A DNA stretch of 64,000 nucleotides, from contig JBMFNL010000002.1 of assembly GCA_049970175.1 (NCBI GenBank), positions 2,722 to 66,721 on the forward strand, written 5' to 3'. Below the pieces are notes generated by a model. The model did not search any database. It saw only the letters and a list, made by a program, of their open reading frames with translations, and was not told the origin of the DNA. Below are positions 58,688 to 64,000 of the stretch, piece after piece; the stretch's first letter is position 1, and each line of letters starts with the position of its first letter. This DNA is from Chloroflexia bacterium. GTDB lineage: Bacteria > Chloroflexota > Chloroflexia > DTKN01. Both the position numbers and the translations under genes were made by a program.

Positions 58688-59905
58688 ATGGATCGGGCGA
58701 TTCGGGTGAGCACCTTCCTCTTGCTCGGCCTGGCGCTCCTTCTGGGCGTATGGGCTGCTGTGCCCAAGCCCGGGCGCGCCGTCGTCGCCGGTTCCCCCTC
58801 TCCGTCGGCCGAGGAAACGGCCTCGGAGACCTTCCGGCCGGCCTCTTCGCCCTCCTACGACCCTCCCTCCCCAGCGGGCTCGGAACATCCGAAAACCGGC
58901 CGGTATGTGGCCGCCTGGATGCCCACCGATTGGGATACCCCCGAAGCCCGTACCGCCTTTGAGGCCAACCTGGACATCCTCGACGAGGTCAGTCCGATCT
59001 GGTACGAGATGCGCGGCGACGGCACCCTCATGGTCCTGGGGGGCGCTCGGGATGAGACGCTCATCCGCCTGGCCCACGAGGCCGATGTCCTGGTCCTCCC
59101 CTGCCTGACCAACGGCTTCGACCCGGAACGCACCGGCTACACCCTAGGCAACCCGGAGCGGCGCAGCGCCTTTGTGCGGCGTATCCTGGCCGAGGTCGAG
59201 GAGTACGGATACGACGGGATCGACATCGATTTCGAAGCCGTGCCGGAGACGCAGCGGGACGAGTTCACCGCCTTTATCCGGGAACTGGCGGCCGGCCTGC
59301 ACGAGAAGGGCCGGCTGCTCTCGGTGGCCATCCATGCCCGTACCGGCGACCAGGGCGGGGCCCCCGGGGCCCGGGCCCAGGACTGGGCCGCTCTGGGCCA
59401 GAGCGTGGACCGCTTCCGCATCATGACCTATGACTACCATTGGCGCGGCGGAGGCCCCGGCCCGATCGCGCCGATCTACTGGGTCCAGGAGGTGGTGGAG
59501 TACGCCCGGACGCTGGTGGATCCGGCCAAGATCGAACTGGGCATCCCGTTCTACGGCTACGACTGGGTGGGCAACGAGGGCCGCGGTGTCCGATGGTCGG
59601 AGATCCAGGCACTACTGGAAACCTACCGGCCCAAGGTCAACCTGATGGAATGGGATGGGCAAGGAGAGGTGGCCGAATCGTGGTTTACCTACCGGAATCG
59701 GGACGGTCAGCATACCGTCTGGTTCGCCAGTCGGCGCAGCCTGGAGGCCAAACTGGAACTGCTGGTGCAGTATGACCTGGCCGGCATCGCAATCTGGCGG
59801 CTCGGAGGAGAGGACCCGGCCTATTGGGAGGCCATTCGGAAGATTCTGCCCCGCGACCCGTATGAGGTGCAGCGCTCCGTGCTCCGCTACCTACCGGAGC
59901 CGTAG
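58688..59905 (+). CDS. glycoside hydrolase family 18 (chitinase/spore-cortex-lytic-like) with signal peptide
   Basis: DGIDIDFE catalytic DxDxE motif; N-terminal signal/TM. Confidence 0.7.
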   Translation: MDRAIRVSTFLLLGLALLLGVWAAVPKPGRAVVAGSPSPSAEETASETFRPASSPSYDPPSPAGSEHPKTGRYVAAWMPTDWDTPEARTAFEANLDILDEVSPIWYEMRGDGTLMVLGGARDETLIRLAHEADVLVLPCLTNGFDPERTGYTLGNPERRSAFVRRILAEVEEYGYDGIDIDFEAVPETQRDEFTAFIRELAAGLHEKGRLLSVAIHARTGDQGGAPGARAQDWAALGQSVDRFRIMTYDYHWRGGGPGPIAPIYWVQEVVEYARTLVDPAKIELGIPFYGYDWVGNEGRGVRWSEIQALLETYRPKVNLMEWDGQGEVAESWFTYRNRDGQHTVWFASRRSLEAKLELLVQYDLAGIAIWRLGGEDPAYWEAIRKILPRDPYEVQRSVLRYLPEP

Positions 59906-59908
59906 CCT

Positions 59909-60982
59909 ATGGGTGAAGTTGAGGAACTCTATTGGAACGGCTTGGCCGCGCTCCAGGCGGGCAACCGTCGCCTGGCCCGGGCCTTTTTCCAGCGGGTCGT
60001 GATCCTGGAGCCGCGCCACGAGGAGGCCTGGCTGCGGCTCAGCGAGGTCCTGGACGATCCGGAGGACGTCGCCTACTGCCTGAAAGCCGTCCTGACCCTC
60101 CATCCCGATCATCCGCAGGCTCGGGTAACGTTGGACGTGCTGGAGGAGCAACAAAAGGGGCGGCCTCAGCCGGCGCGTCCTCCCGCGGATTCGCCGCTGG
60201 CCGAAGTGCGGAGGATGGACCTGCTGGCCAGATTATCCGAGATGTCGGCAGGGGCCGCATCCGGGACAGGAGGAAAGCGCTTGTTCCAGGAAATGTTTCC
60301 CCTCGCGGTTGTGCTGCGGGTGACCGGCTTTGCGCTGTCCGTCCTTCTGGTGCTTTTTCTGGCCGTTTATCTGGCGGTGCAGCCGGTCAACGACCTCCCC
60401 CCGACCGAGACACCCGTGCCCACCCTGGACCGGGCCCTGCTGGATGAGCAGAAGCGGGGGGTGGTGCGTGCCTACTTCGGCCGGCTGGACGCGCTCCTGG
60501 GGCCGCTCCGGCTGGCCCATGACCTCTACCGCAGCCGAAGCAACCTGCGGGTTTCCCTGCCCGAGCAGATGGAGCACGTTCGGGTGCTGCGGGGGCAGGT
60601 GGCCGAGGCCCTGGAGGGGCTGAAGCAACTGCCCTGCCCGCCGGATTTTCCGGCCCTGGCCGAGGCCCAGCAGGAGTATATCCAGGGGTTGGCTTTGGAA
60701 CAGGAAGGGCTGAACCACCTGCTGCGCTATTACGAAACCCTGCAGGCGGATTTCTCCCGCCGGGCGGCGGACAAGTTTCAGGAGGCCGGCGAACATCTAG
60801 GACAGGCCCGGGAAATCTGGAAGGCCTATCGCACCTGGGTCGGCCTTCCGGAGCCGACGCCGCTCCCTACCCCCACGCCGCTCATCACGCCGACCTATGG
60901 CCCCACGCCCACTTCCACGCCCACCCTTCCCCCCTTTCCTACCCGGACGCCCACCCCGTTCCCCACCAATCCGATCGGATAA
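59909..60982 (+). CDS. TPR-like membrane protein with Pro/Thr-rich C-terminus, hypothetical
   Basis: TPR-like N-terminal region, TM helix, PTPTPLITPTYGPTPTSTPT tail. Confidence 0.4.
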   Translation: MGEVEELYWNGLAALQAGNRRLARAFFQRVVILEPRHEEAWLRLSEVLDDPEDVAYCLKAVLTLHPDHPQARVTLDVLEEQQKGRPQPARPPADSPLAEVRRMDLLARLSEMSAGAASGTGGKRLFQEMFPLAVVLRVTGFALSVLLVLFLAVYLAVQPVNDLPPTETPVPTLDRALLDEQKRGVVRAYFGRLDALLGPLRLAHDLYRSRSNLRVSLPEQMEHVRVLRGQVAEALEGLKQLPCPPDFPALAEAQQEYIQGLALEQEGLNHLLRYYETLQADFSRRAADKFQEAGEHLGQAREIWKAYRTWVGLPEPTPLPTPTPLITPTYGPTPTSTPTLPPFPTRTPTPFPTNPIG

Positions 60983-60990
60983 AGCCCCGC

Positions 60991-61638
60991 TCAGGCTCCC
61001 GTATCCCGGCCGGCCAGGCGGGCAAAGTCGGCGATGGCCTGCTGGGAGAGGGGGTGCTCGGCCATAGTGCGGATCAGGGCCGGAGGGAGGGTCAGGTGGT
61101 GGGCCCCGGCAGCTAGGCAGGCCAGGGCCTCCGGAACGTCGCGCAGGCTGGCGGCCAGGATTTCCACCGGCCGGCCGCTTCCCCGCAACACGGCGGCAAT
61201 TTCCTCAACCAGGGCGACGCCCCGTCCGGAGTAGCGGGTCATCCGGTTGACATAAGGGATAACGTAGCGGGCCCCGGCTTCGGCCGCCAGATAGGCCTGG
61301 GCGGCGCTGAAGACGGCGGTGGCGGCGCAGGGAATTTCGGCCGAGAGCCGGGCCAGGACGGCCAGGTTCTCCAGGGAGGCGGGAATCTTGAGTACGATCT
61401 GCGAGGGGGAGAGGGCGGCAAAACGCCGGCCTTCTTCCTCCAGGGCGCGCGGCTCGGTGGCCGTCGGCTGGTAGAAGACGGGACCGGGACAGAGGGCACA
61501 GAGTTCCGGAATGACCTCTTCGGCCGGACGGCCGGCCTGGGCGATCAGGGCGGGGTTGGTCGTCACGCCGGCGATAAAGCCCCAGTCCAGTGCCTCCCGA
61601 ACCTCCTCGATGCGGGCCGAATCGACGTACAGGGCCAT
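60991..61638 (-). CDS. transaldolase/fructose-6-phosphate aldolase family protein
   Basis: MALYVDSA...GVTTNPAL...KIPAS motifs. Confidence 0.8.
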   Translation of the reverse strand: MALYVDSARIEEVREALDWGFIAGVTTNPALIAQAGRPAEEVIPELCALCPGPVFYQPTATEPRALEEEGRRFAALSPSQIVLKIPASLENLAVLARLSAEIPCAATAVFSAAQAYLAAEAGARYVIPYVNRMTRYSGRGVALVEEIAAVLRGSGRPVEILAASLRDVPEALACLAAGAHHLTLPPALIRTMAEHPLSQQAIADFARLAGRDTGA

Positions 61639-61666
61639 CTGAACCTCCTGAGGACGCCGGGCCCGG

Positions 61667-62197
61667 CTAGGCCTTCCGTCGCCGCCGCTTCAGCCGCTCC
61701 TCGATCCGGGCGACGACGATGCGCTCCAGCATGAGGAAGGTATCCTCCGGCAGGGGAAAATCCAACCCGAAGGCGATGCTCCAGTCGCCGTCGGCCTGCC
61801 GGTCGGCCTGGAAGGTGAACCGCCCCCGGCCCTCCACGAGGACAAACCCCTGGGCGATTCCGGCCTCGGGCAGGATGTCGCGCACGTCCACGCTGAGGCC
61901 GAGGGTCTCGTCCTGCAGGTCCTCCAGGGTGACGCTCAGGATGCCGGGCGGGGGCTGGCGGTGCAGGCCCTCGGCGACGCTGATGGAGGAGAGCGCCGCC
62001 GCGGTGAGCGGCTCGTTCAGGCCCGCAGGAATCTCCGGCTCCGGGGAAAAGGAAACGACCCAGCCCTTGCGCCGATCCCGCACGGCCTCGAAGCGAAAGG
62101 CCCCCAGCCGGCCGATGAAGACGGCCCCGTGGGCCTTTTCTCCGCTGGGGGCCAGATGGGTGCGCACGGTAATGTCTTCGGCAAACCGTTCGGTCAT
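61667..62197 (-). CDS. hypothetical protein
   Basis: Start taken at MTERFAEDIT; no motif recognised. Confidence 0.3.
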   Translation of the reverse strand: MTERFAEDITVRTHLAPSGEKAHGAVFIGRLGAFRFEAVRDRRKGWVVSFSPEPEIPAGLNEPLTAAALSSISVAEGLHRQPPPGILSVTLEDLQDETLGLSVDVRDILPEAGIAQGFVLVEGRGRFTFQADRQADGDWSIAFGLDFPLPEDTFLMLERIVVARIEERLKRRRRKA

Positions 62198-62303
62198 CGT
62201 CTCTGCCTCGCGTCGCCCTGCTGGGGACTGCGGCTCCCGCCTACATTGCGGCGCTTCATAGCGCAGTCCAATCGTCGATTGTCTGACCGAGCGTCCGGTG
62301 CCC

Positions 62304-62585
62304 CTACCAGGCGATGCCAAAGTGGGAGAACTCTCCCTGGTAGGGTTCCCAGCGCACCTCAACGCGTTCGACCTCGGCCAGGCTGGGTCCACGGTGGCAC
62401 CACTCGATCAGGTCCTGAAGGGCCTCTTCCTCTCCCTCGGCCACGACCTCGACCTGGCCGTTGGGGAGGTTCTTCACCCAACCGGTCAAACCCAGGAGGG
62501 TGGCGCGCTGGCGAGTATAATAGCGGAAGTTGACCCCCTGGACGTAGCCGCTGATCCAGAGATGGACGCGTTTTCGGGCCATCAA
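62304..62585 (-). CDS. acyP: acylphosphatase
   Basis: VHLWISGYVQGVNFRYYT...GWVKNLPNGQVEV signature. Confidence 0.75.
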   Translation of the reverse strand: MMARKRVHLWISGYVQGVNFRYYTRQRATLLGLTGWVKNLPNGQVEVVAEGEEEALQDLIEWCHRGPSLAEVERVEVRWEPYQGEFSHFGIAW

Positions 62586-62683
62586 CCAACCTCCTACGGT
62601 GGGCGTTCAGGACGACCCCATTATAGTTCCCTCGCCCGATTTGCGCAACCCGCACGGCGACCCGGCGCCGCCTGCCCTCATCT

Positions 62684-62749
62684 CTCACCCCCAACCCCCT
62701 CTCCCCTCGCCCATTGGGAAAGGGGAGGCTAGGGGGAGTGGGGTGAGGG
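62684..62749. repeat. G/C-rich palindromic repeat element, copy 2 (intergenic between acyP and rplI)
   Basis: CTCACCCCCAACCCCCTCTCCCCTCGCCCATTGGGAAAGGGGAGGCTAGGGGGAGTGGGGTGAGGG; its reverse complement aligns with copy 1 (shared CCTCACCCCACTCCCCC and GTTGGGGGTGAG ends). Confidence 0.6.
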
Positions 62750-62894
62750 AAAGGCCACATCCCGACAAACCTGGGACACATCCCACGGTGACGTGGGTTT
62801 GACGGAGGGGGGAGAATGTGTTAGACTGGTAACGCCGGTGGGACGGCGAGCGGACGTTCTTGCGGTTAGGAATTCGGAAAAACGAGGTGGCCCG

Positions 62895-63344
62895 ATGAAG
62901 GTCGTTTTTCTGCAAGATGTCCCGGGGATCGGGCAGGCCGGCCAGATCAAGGAAGTGGCCGACGGCTATGCCCGCAACTACCTTTTCCCTCGTGGGCTGG
63001 CCCGGCCGGCCACGGCCGGCGCACTGCGGCAGGCCCGGGAGGAGCAGGAGATCGAAAAACGTCGCCAGCAGCGTGCTCTGGCCCAAGCCCAGGCCCTGGC
63101 CGAAAAACTTCACGACCTGACCCTGTGCTTTCAGGCCAAGGTGGGCGAACAGGACCTGCTCTTTGGCACCATTACCAGCGCCGACATCGCCGAGGCCATC
63201 CGGGAGAAACTCGGCGTGGAAATCGACCGGCGCAAGATCGAGATCGGCGAGCCCATCCGCCGGCCCGGTATCTATTCCATCCCCATCCGCCTCTTCGGCG
63301 GCCTGGAACCGCGGGTGAACGTCGTCGTCGAACGCGAGCCGTAG
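62895..63344 (+). CDS. rplI: 50S ribosomal protein L9
   Basis: [36 protein letters not shown]. Confidence 0.85.
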   Translation: MKVVFLQDVPGIGQAGQIKEVADGYARNYLFPRGLARPATAGALRQAREEQEIEKRRQQRALAQAQALAEKLHDLTLCFQAKVGEQDLLFGTITSADIAEAIREKLGVEIDRRKIEIGEPIRRPGIYSIPIRLFGGLEPRVNVVVEREP

Positions 63345-63373
63345 GGGCACCCAGAATCGCTGTGGGGAGCGCC

Positions 63374-64000
63374 ATGGAAGGTCAGGTCGAACGTCCGGTT
63401 CCTTACAACCTGGAGGCCGAACGCAGCGTCCTGGGGGCCATCCTGACCCACCGCGATGCCATCATCTCGGTGGCCTCCTGGCTTTCGCCGGAGGATTTCT
63501 ACCGCGAGGCCCATGCCTGGATCTATGAGGCCCAGTTGGCCTGCTATATGCGCCGGGAGCCGCCCGACCTGGTGACGGTGGCGGCCGAACTGGAGCGGCG
63601 CGGCCGGCTGGAGGCGGTCGGCGGGGTGCTCTACCTGAACGCCCTGGTGGACGCCGTTCCCACTCCGGTACATGTGGAGTATTACGGCCGCATCGTCGAG
63701 CGCTGTGCCGTGCTGCGCCGGCTGATCACGGCCGGCGGCCAGATCGCCGCCATCGGCTACGAGGCCCCCGAGGATGTGGACGAGGCCCTCAGCCGGGCAG
63801 AGGAACTGGTCTTTGCCATCTCCCAGCGGCGGGTGACCCGCGACTTTGTTCCCATCCGCGAGGTCACCTCGGAGTACTTCGACCACCTCAGCCGACTGCG
63901 GGCCACCCACAGCGGCGTCATCGGGGTGCCCACCGGCTTTCGCGATCTGGACCGCATCCTGGGCGGCCTCCAGCGTTCCGACCTGATCGTCCTGGCCGCC
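63374..64000 (+). CDS. dnaB: replicative DNA helicase DnaB, N-terminal part (3' end outside the window)
   Basis: PYNLEAERSVLGAIL...VTVAAELERRG DnaB N-terminal domain; rplI-dnaB synteny. Confidence 0.8.
   Translation, partial: MEGQVERPVPYNLEAERSVLGAILTHRDAIISVASWLSPEDFYREAHAWIYEAQLACYMRREPPDLVTVAAELERRGRLEAVGGVLYLNALVDAVPTPVHVEYYGRIVERCAVLRRLITAGGQIAAIGYEAPEDVDEALSRAEELVFAISQRRVTRDFVPIREVTSEYFDHLSRLRATHSGVIGVPTGFRDLDRILGGLQRSDLIVLAA

Overview
High-GC (~68%) bacterial chromosomal window densely packed with housekeeping genes on both strands. There is no rRNA, no CRISPR array and no recognisable transposase, integrase or phage gene. Gene order has a Firmicutes/Chloroflexi flavour: dnaX-ybaB-recR, asp23-nusB, remA-gmk, tsaE-tsaB, prmA-rsmE, darA, T-box-leuS, fhaA/fhaB, VanW. 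Recognisable genes include pheT (3' end), hutI, two plsY paralogs, a GT2 glycosyltransferase, rnhB, mtnP, pfk, radA, a tRNA-Gln(UUG), tilS, PiT with DUF47, fhs, pdxST, acpP, prfA, ccmE-ccmF, an aminotransferase, leuS, a GH18 hydrolase, transaldolase, acyP, rplI and dnaB (5' end). Non-coding signals recovered by eye: (1) many sigma70-like promoters TTGnnn-N17-TAcAAT/TATAAT, several arranged as divergent pairs with overlapping -35 boxes; (2) a Leu (CUC) T-box leader upstream of a methyltransferase-leuS operon; (3) a 27-bp palindrome family GTAGGTCGG-N9-CCGACCTAC at three sites, one immediately upstream of a consensus promoter that drives a small ribbon-helix-helix-like ORF and an uncharacterised MvhD-like/ferredoxin/Fe-S module; (4) two copies of a ~65-70 bp G/C-rich palindromic repeat, one lying inside a Ser/Thr kinase-WD40 gene that is broken by three frame changes. 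Long antisense ORFs in the six-frame track (up to 749 aa) are treated as high-GC artefacts.
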